A stretch of DNA of 64,000 nucleotides from the NCBI GenBank assembly GCA_963741955.1, contig CAVUKB010000005.1, positions 928,001 to 992,000 on the forward strand. Direction: 5' to 3'. A model generated the notes under the pieces. The model had not been told where the DNA came from, did no database searches, and worked only from the letters and a program-made list of their open reading frames with translations. Positions 39,057 to 48,447 of this stretch are shown here, piece after piece; within the stretch, counting starts at the first letter, position 1; each line of letters opens with the position of its first letter. Source of the DNA: an uncultured Acidobacteriota bacterium (GTDB taxonomy: Bacteria > Acidobacteriota > Thermoanaerobaculia > Gp7-AA8). The position numbers and the translations under genes were made by a program.

Positions 39057-40106
39057 TCAGAGGTACTGCAGTACTGCATCGGCGGATTCTCGTGTCCCGA
39101 GCTTTCCGCCGAGGTCCTTGGTGGTCTCGTGCTTCCCGACGGCCGTGGCGACGGCCGCCTCGATCCGGTCGGCTTCCTCCGTGAATCCGAGGTATTCGAG
39201 CATCATCGCGGCGGTGAGAATCGCGCCGACGGGATTCGCGACGTTCTGCCCGGTGTACTTCGGCGCGCTGCCGTGAATCGGCTCGAACATGGAGACCCGT
39301 CCGGGATGAATGTTCCCGGACGCTGCCATTCCGAGCCCTCCCTGAAGCGCGGCGCCGAGGTCGGTGACGATGTCTCCGAACATGTTGTTGGTCACGATGA
39401 CGTCGAACATCTCCGGCGCGCGCACCATCTGCATGGTCAGGGCATCGACGAACATGTGGAAGTGCTCGATCTCCGGATACTCTTTCGCAACATCTTCGAA
39501 GACGCGCAGCCAGAGGTCGCCACCGAATCTCATCACGTTGTTCTTGTCGGACATGCAGACCGATTTCCGGCCGGTCGCCTTCGCGAATTCGAATGCGTGA
39601 CGGATGATCCTCTCGACCCCTCGACGAGTCGAGACGTCTTCCTGGATGGCGATCTCGTCCTTCGTCCCCTTCTTGAAGAGCCCGCCCATTCCGACGTACG
39701 CGCCTTCCGTGTTCTCGCGGAAGATCACCATGTCGATCTCGGCCCTCCCCTTCGACTTCAGCGGCGAGAGCTCATCGCTGAGCAGCCGGACCGGACGGTA
39801 GTTGACGTAGAGGTCGAGCTGAAACCGCATCCCGAGGAGGATGTCCGCGGCGTGCTTCATGTCCGGGACCCGAGGATCGCCGAACGCGCCGAGGTAGATT
39901 GCGTCGTAGTTGTGACGGAGGTCGTCCATCGCCCCGGGGGGCATGGAGATCCCGGTTTTCAGGTAACTGTCGGCGTTCCAGTCGAATGTCGTGAAGTCGA
40001 GCCCCAGCTTCGAACGGTCGTTCACGAGGTTCAGAATTTTCATTCCTGCGGCGATCACCTCCGGACCGATTCCGTCTCCGGGGACCACCGCGATACGCTT
40101 CGTCAT
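39057..40106 (-). CDS. leuB: beta-decarboxylating dehydrogenase (3-isopropylmalate/tartrate dehydrogenase family)
   Basis: PGDGIGPEV, RENTEG, NMFGDIVTD, FEPIHGSAP, ANPVG; substrate specificity not certain. Confidence 0.8.
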   Translation of the reverse strand: MTKRIAVVPGDGIGPEVIAAGMKILNLVNDRSKLGLDFTTFDWNADSYLKTGISMPPGAMDDLRHNYDAIYLGAFGDPRVPDMKHAADILLGMRFQLDLYVNYRPVRLLSDELSPLKSKGRAEIDMVIFRENTEGAYVGMGGLFKKGTKDEIAIQEDVSTRRGVERIIRHAFEFAKATGRKSVCMSDKNNVMRFGGDLWLRVFEDVAKEYPEIEHFHMFVDALTMQMVRAPEMFDVIVTNNMFGDIVTDLGAALQGGLGMAASGNIHPGRVSMFEPIHGSAPKYTGQNVANPVGAILTAAMMLEYLGFTEEADRIEAAVATAVGKHETTKDLGGKLGTRESADAVLQYL

Positions 40107-40298
40107 CGACTCCTCCCGAAATCCGGCGGGATTCTATCTCGAATCATGGAATCCGAGACATCGTCTTGGAAATTCAGGAGTTGGCAGTGCTATGATCCGC
40201 GTCGCAATTTTTTTCAGAGCAGCTGGCCCGGAATCTTCAAGCCCAATTGTGAAGAGGCGATCACGATCCGGCCCGGTCCGGTGACAAAGGAGTGTCTG

Positions 40299-41522
40299 GT
40301 GGCGAGTTTTCCCGGTGTTGACTACATGGAGATCGATTCGCTCTTCTCCGAAGAAGAGCTGATGGTGAGACAGACGGTTCGCGACTTCGTCGACGAACGG
40401 GTTCTTCCGATCATCGAGGAGGCGAACCGGCACGAGAAGTTCCCCCGCGAGCTGATCCCGATCATGGCGGAGATGGGGCTGTTCGGTTCGACCATCGACG
40501 AGTACGGCCTCCCGGGGCTGAACAACGTCGCGTACGGACTGATCATGCAGGAGCTCGAGCGCGGCGATTCCGGCCTCCGCTCGTTCGTCTCCGTTCAATC
40601 CGCCCTGGTGATGTACCCGATCTACACCTACGGCTCGAAGGAACAGAAGGATAAGTGGATCCCCGCACTCGGAAGCGGTGAGGCGATCGGCTGCTTCGGG
40701 CTGACCGAGCCCGACTTCGGCTCGAACCCCGGTGGGATGCGGACCCATGCGAAGCGCGACGGCGACTCGTGGGTTCTGAACGGCGCGAAGGCGTGGATCA
40801 CGAACGGCTCGATCGCGGACGTCGCAGTAGTCTGGGCCAAGGCCGACGGACGGATCCGCGGCTTCATCGTCGAAAAGGGAACTCCCGGCTTCTCGACTGC
40901 GTACCACATGGGGAAATTCTCCCTTCGCGCCTCGGTGACCTCGCAGCTCTTCTTCGAAGACTGCCGCATCCCGGCGGAGAACGTCCTTCCGGAGACCAAT
41001 GGTTTGAAGTATCCGCTCGGCTGCCTGACCCAGGCGCGCTACGGGATCGCATGGGGAGCGCTCGGCGCCGCGATGGCGGTATTCAATACCGCCACGGAGT
41101 ACGCGAAGCAGCGCATCCAGTTCGCGGGCCAGCCGATCGCATCTCATCAGCTGGTGCAGAACAAGCTGGCGTGGATGATCACCGAGATCACCAAGGGGCA
41201 GCTCCTCGCGCTTCAGATGGGACGCCTCAAGGATCAGGGAAAGCTGAAACCCGAGCACGTCTCCATGGGAAAGATGAACAACGTGAACATCGCCCTCGAG
41301 TCGGCGCGCACCGCCCGCGACATCCTCGGGGCGAACGGGATCTCGGACGAATACCCGGTGATCCGCCACATGATGAATCTCGAATCGGTGAAGACATACG
41401 AGGGAACGCACGACATCCACAACCTGGTGATCGGCGAGGCGGTGACCGGAATCCCGGCCTACAATCCACCGATGTCGAACCAGATCGCAAAGTCCCTCGC
41501 CGCCGAGTCGGAAGAGAAGTGA
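40299..41522 (+). CDS. gcdH: acyl-CoA dehydrogenase, glutaryl-CoA dehydrogenase-like
   Basis: ERGDSGLRS..SVQS.LVM.PI, FGLTEPDFGSNP, GCL..ARYGIAWG, LGANGI, TYEGTHDIH; AAGGAG RBS before GTG. Confidence 0.85.
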   Translation: MASFPGVDYMEIDSLFSEEELMVRQTVRDFVDERVLPIIEEANRHEKFPRELIPIMAEMGLFGSTIDEYGLPGLNNVAYGLIMQELERGDSGLRSFVSVQSALVMYPIYTYGSKEQKDKWIPALGSGEAIGCFGLTEPDFGSNPGGMRTHAKRDGDSWVLNGAKAWITNGSIADVAVVWAKADGRIRGFIVEKGTPGFSTAYHMGKFSLRASVTSQLFFEDCRIPAENVLPETNGLKYPLGCLTQARYGIAWGALGAAMAVFNTATEYAKQRIQFAGQPIASHQLVQNKLAWMITEITKGQLLALQMGRLKDQGKLKPEHVSMGKMNNVNIALESARTARDILGANGISDEYPVIRHMMNLESVKTYEGTHDIHNLVIGEAVTGIPAYNPPMSNQIAKSLAAESEEK

Positions 41523-41586
41523 TGCCCGGCTCCGGAGCGCGTGCGACTCCGGGATCGGGATCGGAACATCGGAGTCTGGAGAGAGA

Positions 41587-42573
41587 ATGGAATCGAGTCT
41601 GGAGATCGGATTTCTGAAAGCCACGGAGATGGCGGCGATCGCAGCTGCCCGCACCATGGGCTACGGCAACCGCAAACGCTCCGACGAAGTCGCGGTACAG
41701 GCGATGCGGGAGGAGCTGAACAAGCTCCGGATGCGCGGCGAGATCGTGATCGGTGAAGGAGAGCGCGACCGCGCGCCGATGCTGTGGGTCGGAGAGCAGC
41801 TCGGGCGGGGAGAGAGTAGCGACGGCGAGAAATACCCGGAGATCGACATCGCGGTCGATCCTCTGGAGGGAACGAACCTCTGCGCACTCGGCGCACCCAA
41901 CTCCATCGCCGTGCTGGCGGCGTCGGAAAAGGGGGGATTGCTGAACGCCCCCGACATCTACATGGAGAAACTGGTCGTCGGTCCGACCGCGGCCGAGCAC
42001 GTCGGTCTCGGCAAGAGCGTGAAAGAGAACATCGAAGCGATGGCCACTGCCTTCCGGCGTGACGTGAACGAGTTGACCATCGTCGTCCTCGACCGCGAGC
42101 GCCATCAGGATCTGATCGCACAGATCCGCGACGCGGGCGCGCGCATCAAGTTGATCAGCGACGGAGACCTCTCTGCAGGAATCGCGGCGTCCATCCGCGG
42201 AACCGGCGTCCACGGCTCGATGGGAATCGGTGGCGCGCCGGAGGGAGTGCTCACCGCCGCCGCGATGCGATGCCTCAGCGGCCGGATGCAGGGACGGCTC
42301 AAGCCGCTCGAGAAGTGGCAGGAAGAGCGGCTGGAAGAAATGGGATTCACCGACTCGAAGAAGATCTACGACACGGCGGAGCTCGCGTCGGGCAACGACA
42401 TCATCTTCTGCGCGACGGGCGTGACCGACGGCGATCTTCTTCGGGGAGTCCGCTTCTTCGGCGGCGGCATCCGGACCTCGTCGATCTTCATGTCACTCAA
42501 GACGAGCACGGTCCGCTTCGTCGACACGATCTACCGCGAAGAAGGGCATCCGATCCCGGTGAACTTCGCCTGA
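41587..42573 (+). CDS. glpX: class II fructose-1,6-bisphosphatase
   Basis: VIGEGERDRAPML, DIAVDPLEGT, YMEKL, DGD, GGAPEGV, ATGVTDG. Confidence 0.96.
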   Translation: MESSLEIGFLKATEMAAIAAARTMGYGNRKRSDEVAVQAMREELNKLRMRGEIVIGEGERDRAPMLWVGEQLGRGESSDGEKYPEIDIAVDPLEGTNLCALGAPNSIAVLAASEKGGLLNAPDIYMEKLVVGPTAAEHVGLGKSVKENIEAMATAFRRDVNELTIVVLDRERHQDLIAQIRDAGARIKLISDGDLSAGIAASIRGTGVHGSMGIGGAPEGVLTAAAMRCLSGRMQGRLKPLEKWQEERLEEMGFTDSKKIYDTAELASGNDIIFCATGVTDGDLLRGVRFFGGGIRTSSIFMSLKTSTVRFVDTIYREEGHPIPVNFA

Positions 42574-42574
42574 G

Positions 42575-43975
42575 GGGGTCGCGCACCTGTGGGTCGCGCA
42601 CATGTGGGTCGCGCGAAAGTGGGTCGCGCGCAAGTGGGTCGCGCGTCTCGCGCGAGGCTCCCCGGCATCCTGCCGGGGAGCGATGGCATCAACGACACGT
42701 GGATCGCTCCTCTCGCGATGCGGTCGGTTCGTGTATCGACTCTCGAGAGGATCGTCGTAACTCGCCGTCAACAGGGCGGCGCGGGACGCCGCCCTGCATC
42801 GGACGGGACGTCCAACCCACTGGCCGCCCTGCATCGGACGGGACGTCCAACCCACTGGCCGCCCTGCATCGGACGGGACGTCCAACCCACTGGCCGCCCT
42901 GCATCGGACGGGACGTCCAACCCACACGTGGGTCGCGCGAAAGTGGGTCGCGCGTCTCGCGCGAGGCTCCCCGGCATCCTGCCGGGGAGCGATGGCATCA
43001 ACGACGCGTGGATCGCTCCTCTCGCGATGCGGGCCGTTCGTGGCTCGCTTCTCGGGAGGATCGTCGTAACTCGCCCAAAGCAGGGCGGCGCGGGACGCCG
43101 CCCTGCATCGGACGAGACGTCCAACCCACTGGCCGCCCTGCATCGGACGGGACGTCCAACCCACTGGCCGCCCTGCATCGGACGGGACGTCCAACCCACT
43201 GGCCGCCCTGCATCGAACGGGACGTCCAACCCACAGAGTGGGTCGCGCACCTGTGGGTCGCGCGTCTCGCGCGAGGCTCCCCGGCATCCTGCCGGGGAGC
43301 GATGGCATCAACAACACGTGGATCGTACCTCTCGCGATGCGGGCCGTTCGGGTATCGCGTCTCGGGACGATCGTCGCAACTCGCCCAAAGCAGGGCGGCG
43401 CGGGACGCCGCCCTGCATCGGACGAGACGTCCAACCCACTGGCCGCCCTGCATCGGACGGACGTCCAACCCACAGAGTGGGTCGCGCGCAAGTGGGTCGC
43501 GCGTCTCGCGCGAGGCTCCCCGGCATCCTGCCGGGGAGCGATGGCATCAACAACACGTGGATCGTACCTCTCGCGATGCGGGCCGTTCGTGGCTCGCGTC
43601 TCGGGACGATCGTCGCAACTCGCCCAAAGCAGGGCGGCGCGGGACGCCGCCCTGCATCGGACGGGACGTCCAACCCACTGGCCGCCCTGCATCGAACGGG
43701 ACGTCCAACCCACAAAGTGGGTCGCGCGCAAGTGGGTCGCGCGTCTCGCGCGAGGCTCCCCGGCATCCTGCCGGGGAGCGATGGCATCAACGACACGTGG
43801 ATCGCTCCTCTCGCGATGCGGGCCGTTCGGGTATCGACTCTCGAGAGGATCGTCGTAACTCGCCCAAAGCAGGGCGGCGCGGGACGCCGCCCTGACATCG
43901 GACGAGACGTCCAACCCACTGGCCGCCCTGCATCGGACGGGACGTCCAACCCACTGGGTCCAAACCACTGGGTCC
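42575..43975. repeat. 1.4-kb mosaic array of REP-like elements (family 1, BIME-like)
   Basis: Five long units beginning GTGGGTCGCGCGTCTCGCGCGAGGCTCCCCGGCATCCTGCCGGGGAGC, separated by variable numbers of a 35-bp unit TGGCCGCCCTGCATCGGACGGGACGTCCAACCCAC. Confidence 0.95.
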
Positions 43976-44007
43976 CACCCATCGGATGGCGCCGGCCTGA
44001 TGCACGC

Positions 44008-44047
44008 AAAAGAAGCGAGCGGGGCGTGATGCCCCGCTCTTCTTTTT
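44008..44047. terminator. bidirectional intrinsic terminator
   Basis: AAAAGAAGC-GAGCGGGGC-GTGAT-GCCCCGCTC-TTCTTTTT between convergent genes. Confidence 0.75.
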
Positions 44048-44069
44048 CATCGCTCGCGTATGACGTGCG

Positions 44070-44555
44070 TCAGCCCGTGGTCCAGGCGTCGATTCTCAGT
44101 GCTGCCTGATATGCCTGCTGAGCTGCCTGGCGGATCATCTCCGTCTGCGACGGCTCGACGGCCTGATTCCGATTCGTCTGAGTCTGCGAATCGGAGACCC
44201 GCTCACGCATATCCTTTACCTCGTTACGCAGAGTGGTCGCCGCATCCACCGCTGCCGTTTCGTTTTCCATGTTCGTCCTGGCAGCCAGGGAACGGGTACG
44301 GGCCGCAACGCGGTTGGCGAGAGTCATCGATTCGTTCGCGATCACGCGCCAGGCTGGAATGGTGATCGTGGTGTCACGCTGGGTATCGAGAAGAATCGCC
44401 TCCAGACGCTTCAGATCTTTCGAGAGTCTCGCGTCGGCGGTCGTGACTGTCGTCATGCGGGCATTCATGTGGGGCCGGTTCGGTTCTGCCGCGATCGCCG
44501 GCACCGCCAGCACGCCCGCGAGCATCATCGTTCCGAAGATTCGGATGAGCTTCAT
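44070..44555 (-). CDS. secreted helical hypothetical protein
   Basis: Signal peptide MKLIRIFGTMMLAGVLAVPAIA; AAGGAGG RBS. Confidence 0.8.
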   Translation of the reverse strand: MKLIRIFGTMMLAGVLAVPAIAAEPNRPHMNARMTTVTTADARLSKDLKRLEAILLDTQRDTTITIPAWRVIANESMTLANRVAARTRSLAARTNMENETAAVDAATTLRNEVKDMRERVSDSQTQTNRNQAVEPSQTEMIRQAAQQAYQAALRIDAWTTG

Positions 44556-44621
44556 GAGTCCTCCTTTCGAAGCATTACTCCCTCTTTGAGTTGCCAATAT
44601 CACGCCAGAAGGAAAGGAGGG

Positions 44622-45482
44622 TCAGAGCTCCAGATTGCGGAATGCGTCGGGGAGAGGGGCGGTGAAGCTGAGCTTCTTTCCGGTCCTCGGATGGACGAAC
44701 CCGAGGAGCTGCGCGTGCAGGCCGAGCCGTGCGATCGGGTCGGTCGCCGCGCCGTAGCGTTCGTCTCCCACCACCGGGTGTCCGGCTTCCGAGAACTGAA
44801 CGCGGATCTGATTCTTCCGCCCCGTCTCGAGCCGCACCTCCACGATGGAATAGCGCGCACCGCTCGCAACGGTTCGATATTTCGTGACTGCGAGCTTCCC
44901 GCGCGCTTCGTTACGCACCGACCGGACGTGAAACGTGTCGGGATCCTCGCGCAGGTGTGAACGGAGCGTTCCTTCCTTCTCCGGCATGGTCCCTTCGATG
45001 ACCGCCACATACTCCCGGTCGATCGCGTGCTCGCTGAAGAGAGCCTTGAAGAGCTCGCGCGTCTCGAAGTCCTTCACGAAGACGAGGACGCCGGAGGTAT
45101 CGCGGTCGAGCCGATGCACGACGTGGATCCGGTCGCCTTTCCCGCTCAGCTTCAGGTACTGGTTGAGAAAGAACTGCACCGTCTGTTCGCGCTCGTTCTC
45201 CGTGGCGACCGTGAGGAGCCCTGCCGGCTTGAGGATCACGATGATCCACTCGTCTTCGTACAAGATCGCCAGCTCCGGGGGAAGGAACGGGTGGGTGACC
45301 TTCTTCCCGACGTCGAGGACGTCTCCCTTCCTGAGCCGGCGCCTCGCGTTCCCGTCGACCTCGCCGTTCACCCGCACGCGGCCGCTGCGCAGCATCTGCC
45401 GGAGCGTGGTGCGCGAAGAATCGGGAAAGAGCGCGGCGAGCGCGTCCAGGAGGCCTTCCGTCGAATCCACTACCTTCCGCAT
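44622..45482 (-). CDS. RluA-family pseudouridine synthase with S4 domain
   Basis: ILYED, KPAGLL, VHRLDRDTSG, LETGRKNQIRV, GHPVVGD..YG, LHA. Confidence 0.95.
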   Translation of the reverse strand: MRKVVDSTEGLLDALAALFPDSSRTTLRQMLRSGRVRVNGEVDGNARRRLRKGDVLDVGKKVTHPFLPPELAILYEDEWIIVILKPAGLLTVATENEREQTVQFFLNQYLKLSGKGDRIHVVHRLDRDTSGVLVFVKDFETRELFKALFSEHAIDREYVAVIEGTMPEKEGTLRSHLREDPDTFHVRSVRNEARGKLAVTKYRTVASGARYSIVEVRLETGRKNQIRVQFSEAGHPVVGDERYGAATDPIARLGLHAQLLGFVHPRTGKKLSFTAPLPDAFRNLEL

Positions 45483-45692
45483 CGGGAGCATTCTACAGAG
45501 ATTGCGACCGGTACCTCATGCCGTGCGGGGGAAACGGCATTCAATGCACTCTCTCTCACGCGCATCGGGGGGCACGGCTCCTGCCGCTATGCACTCTCGT
45601 ATGCGCGTCCGGGCTGCACCCCGACAGCGCAACTCGCGTTCCGGCCGCGCGCGATACAATCCGCATCCAACTCCATCGCGGAAAGGAGACCC

Positions 45693-46433
45693 ATGAACTA
45701 CCACATTCTCGGTGACGTCATGCAGGCACTGACCATCGAGCTCCAGCAGGGCGAAGAGATCTTCGCCGAAGCGGGATCGATGCTCTACATGGACGACGGT
45801 ATTCAACTCGACGCGAAAATGCAGGGCGGAATCCTCAAGGGCCTCGCGCGCAAGTTTCTCGCCGGCGAGTCGCTCTTCATGAGCGTCTTCCGCTGCAACG
45901 CACCGAAAGGACGCCTCGCCGTCGCCGCTCCGATCCTCGGCAAGATCATCCCCATCGAGCTCAAAGGAAACTCGATCCTCGCGGAGCGGAACGCCTACCT
46001 CTGTTCGATCGGTAACGTCGATCTCTCCGTCGCCTTCACCCGCCGCCTCGGCGCCGGCTTCTTCGGCGGAGAGGGATTCATCCTCGAGCGGATCAGCGGA
46101 GAGGGACTCGTCTTCCTGAATGCCGGGGGAAACATGGTCGAGTTCAACCTCCAACCTGGTGAGCGGCTTCGCGTCGATACGGGATGCATCGTGTCGCTCG
46201 CCGAGACCGTCAGCTACGACATTCAGTTCGTCGGCGGATTCCGCAACGCGCTCTTCGGCGGCGAAGGGATCTTCTACGCGACGCTGCAGGGTCCGGGACA
46301 CGTGGTCCTCCAGACCCTCCCGTTCAGCCGCCTCGCCGATCGGATGCGCGGCGCGATGGGCGGACGGGTCGACGAGGCGAAGGGGGTCGGCGGGCTCGGA
46401 GGGATACTCGGCAACATCATCTCCGGCGACTGA
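45693..46433 (+). CDS. AIM24/TIGR00266 family protein
   Basis: AEAGSM, GESLF, GFFGGEGFIL, VDTGC, LFGGEG, LQTLPFSRLA; AAAGGAG RBS. Confidence 0.92.
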   Translation: MNYHILGDVMQALTIELQQGEEIFAEAGSMLYMDDGIQLDAKMQGGILKGLARKFLAGESLFMSVFRCNAPKGRLAVAAPILGKIIPIELKGNSILAERNAYLCSIGNVDLSVAFTRRLGAGFFGGEGFILERISGEGLVFLNAGGNMVEFNLQPGERLRVDTGCIVSLAETVSYDIQFVGGFRNALFGGEGIFYATLQGPGHVVLQTLPFSRLADRMRGAMGGRVDEAKGVGGLGGILGNIISGD

Positions 46434-46536
46434 GTTCGGTCGAACCTCCCGAGGAACGCTGGGGAGGCGCGGCGGAGGGACGCGGCGCCCCACGGTTCGA
46501 AATGACCACCAGCCGCAGCGTGTTGAGATCTGCATC

Positions 46537-47784
46537 ATGACCGTAGACGCGCTCGAGACCTTCGACGAGGAGTTCTATCTCCGCACCTATCCCGACGTTG
46601 CCGCCGCGGTCGCGAGCGGGGCGCTCGGCAGCGGACGCGATCACTATCTCCGGTTCGGGAAAGACGAGGGTCGCATCCCGCTCCGCTCGCTCGAGGATCT
46701 CCTCGGATCGCCGCGCACCGGAATGGTCTTCATCGAATTCACCTCGCGCTGCAATCTCCGCTGCGTCTACTGCCCGGTGAGCCAACCGACCTACCACGGC
46801 ATCGACCTTCCACTGGAGAGTTTCGACAATTTCCTCGAGCAGTTGCGCCGGCGCAACGTTCACACCGTGGTGATGAACGGTCACGGCGAATCGATGATCG
46901 TCAAGGGGTGGGAGGTCTACGCCGACCGCCTCACGGACGCGGGCTTCCGGCTCCACATCACCACAAACCTCGCCAAGCGACTCACACCGTTCGAAGTCGT
47001 GACGCTCTCGCGGTTCGAGCGGATCCTGGTCAGCATCGACACTGCCGACGCCGAGCTTCTCGCCACGCTCCGTCGCGGCGCGAATCTGGAGACCATCTTC
47101 GCGAACATCGCCGCAATCCGGGAGTTCGCGTCAGCACGCCGTCGCACGCCCCAGATCGCGATCAGCTGTACGGTCGGTGACCTCGCCGCGCCGGGAATCG
47201 CGGATCTGGTGGACGCCTGCCTGGAGCGTGGCATCACCACCTTCCGCTTCGGAGATCTCGCCGAGTTCGAACCGATCGAAGGGGTGGTCAGAACCCGACA
47301 CGTCTCTCATCTCTCCCCAGAAATGCTCGATCTGGTCCGGTCGAGGTTCCGTCTCGCTCTCGGAAAGATCGATTCAGCGGGTGGATCAGCAGATGTGGAT
47401 GAGCCTCTCCGTTCACTCCTGGTCGATCACCATGGGTCCGACGTCGTGGCCTCCGACCGCCGGACCGACATCAGTGAAAAGAAAGTCCGGTACGTCACCC
47501 CGTCGTCCACGCAGACGCGCGATTGCCTCGATCCGTGGAGTCTCGCATTCGTACAGGCCGACGCCGCAGTCCGGCCGTGCTGCTTTTTCGAAGAGAAGCT
47601 CGGGACTCTCGCGACGAACACGCTCGAAGAGATCGTCGAGGGGGACGAGTTCCGGACCCTGCGCCGGGAGATCGTCACCGGCTCGCTGCGCCCGACCTGC
47701 CGGAGTTGCAGCGCAAGGCCGCTCATCGACCGCGGAGAATTCGAGCGGAAGCTCTCTCGCTGGATCGACGATCAGACCGCCTGA
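46537..47784 (+). CDS. radical SAM protein with SPASM/twitch-like C-terminus and N-terminal FDE.FYL..YPDV module
   Basis: CNLRCVYC; CLDPW...VRPCC...CRSC. Confidence 0.88.
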   Translation: MTVDALETFDEEFYLRTYPDVAAAVASGALGSGRDHYLRFGKDEGRIPLRSLEDLLGSPRTGMVFIEFTSRCNLRCVYCPVSQPTYHGIDLPLESFDNFLEQLRRRNVHTVVMNGHGESMIVKGWEVYADRLTDAGFRLHITTNLAKRLTPFEVVTLSRFERILVSIDTADAELLATLRRGANLETIFANIAAIREFASARRRTPQIAISCTVGDLAAPGIADLVDACLERGITTFRFGDLAEFEPIEGVVRTRHVSHLSPEMLDLVRSRFRLALGKIDSAGGSADVDEPLRSLLVDHHGSDVVASDRRTDISEKKVRYVTPSSTQTRDCLDPWSLAFVQADAAVRPCCFFEEKLGTLATNTLEEIVEGDEFRTLRREIVTGSLRPTCRSCSARPLIDRGEFERKLSRWIDDQTA

Positions 47785-48284
47785 GCCCGATCCGGACTAT
47801 CCACGGGCTCATCCGGCTCTTCTTCCTTCACCCCGCGTTCGCGATCGCGCCGGCGCACGTGAAGCAGCTTCTCCACCTCAGCGATGACCTGACCCTCGTC
47901 GTCCAGAACCTTCGCCGTGAACAGCGGCTCGACCTTCGGCTCCGTGTCCGCGGCCCGGCGGATACGCTCGACCTCGGCCGGGTCGATCCGGAATTCCACG
48001 TGTACCCGCCCCTTCCCCGGCCGCCGGAAGCGGATCTTCGCAGCCTTGTCCCACACCACGTAGTCGCGTCCGAGCTTTTCGATCAGGAGGATCATGAAGA
48101 ACGGATCGCACATCGAGTAGAGAGAGCCGCCGAACTGGGTTCCCATCAGATTCCTGTTCCACCAGTGCAGCTTCATCGAAACGCCGAATGCGTCGACCTC
48201 CCCGATGGGCTTCACGCGAATGCCTGCTCCGAAGTACGGCGGGTACAACCACATCAGGCGGATCAGCAACCGTCGCAACGACAT
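47772..48284 (-). CDS. hotdog-fold thioesterase-like protein (DUF4442)
   Basis: YPPYFGAGI, NRN.MGTQFGGSLYSMCDPF, VWDKAA.IRF..PG. Confidence 0.9.
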   Translation of the reverse strand: MSLRRLLIRLMWLYPPYFGAGIRVKPIGEVDAFGVSMKLHWWNRNLMGTQFGGSLYSMCDPFFMILLIEKLGRDYVVWDKAAKIRFRRPGKGRVHVEFRIDPAEVERIRRAADTEPKVEPLFTAKVLDDEGQVIAEVEKLLHVRRRDRERGVKEEEPDEPVDSPDRAQAV

Positions 48285-48447
48285 CTCGACCCTCCTCTCC
48301 CGATCTCCCGATCGATCGACATTGTGCAACAGCCGCCCGAAAGACGTACAGGGCCTCGGGAGAATCGTGCCCGACACCAGGAGAATGACCCGACCACACA
48401 CCGTTGCCTCCGTTTCGTGGCCGGCGTATGGTGAACCGGAAGCTCCG

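Noticed and set aside
36413-39184. 923-aa plus-strand ORF (and similar ones at 6177, 17759, 56999, 59054)
   Set aside because: In-register antisense shadows of real minus-strand genes, typical of high-GC codon bias.
42790-43960. 35-bp repeats resembling a CRISPR array
   Set aside because: The repeats are directly adjacent or separated by repeated (not unique) sequence, and there are no cas genes or leader. REP/BIME-like instead.
42270-44109. ~500-aa ORFs over the 42.6-kb array
   Set aside because: Artefacts of stop-poor repeat DNA; frames switch between units.
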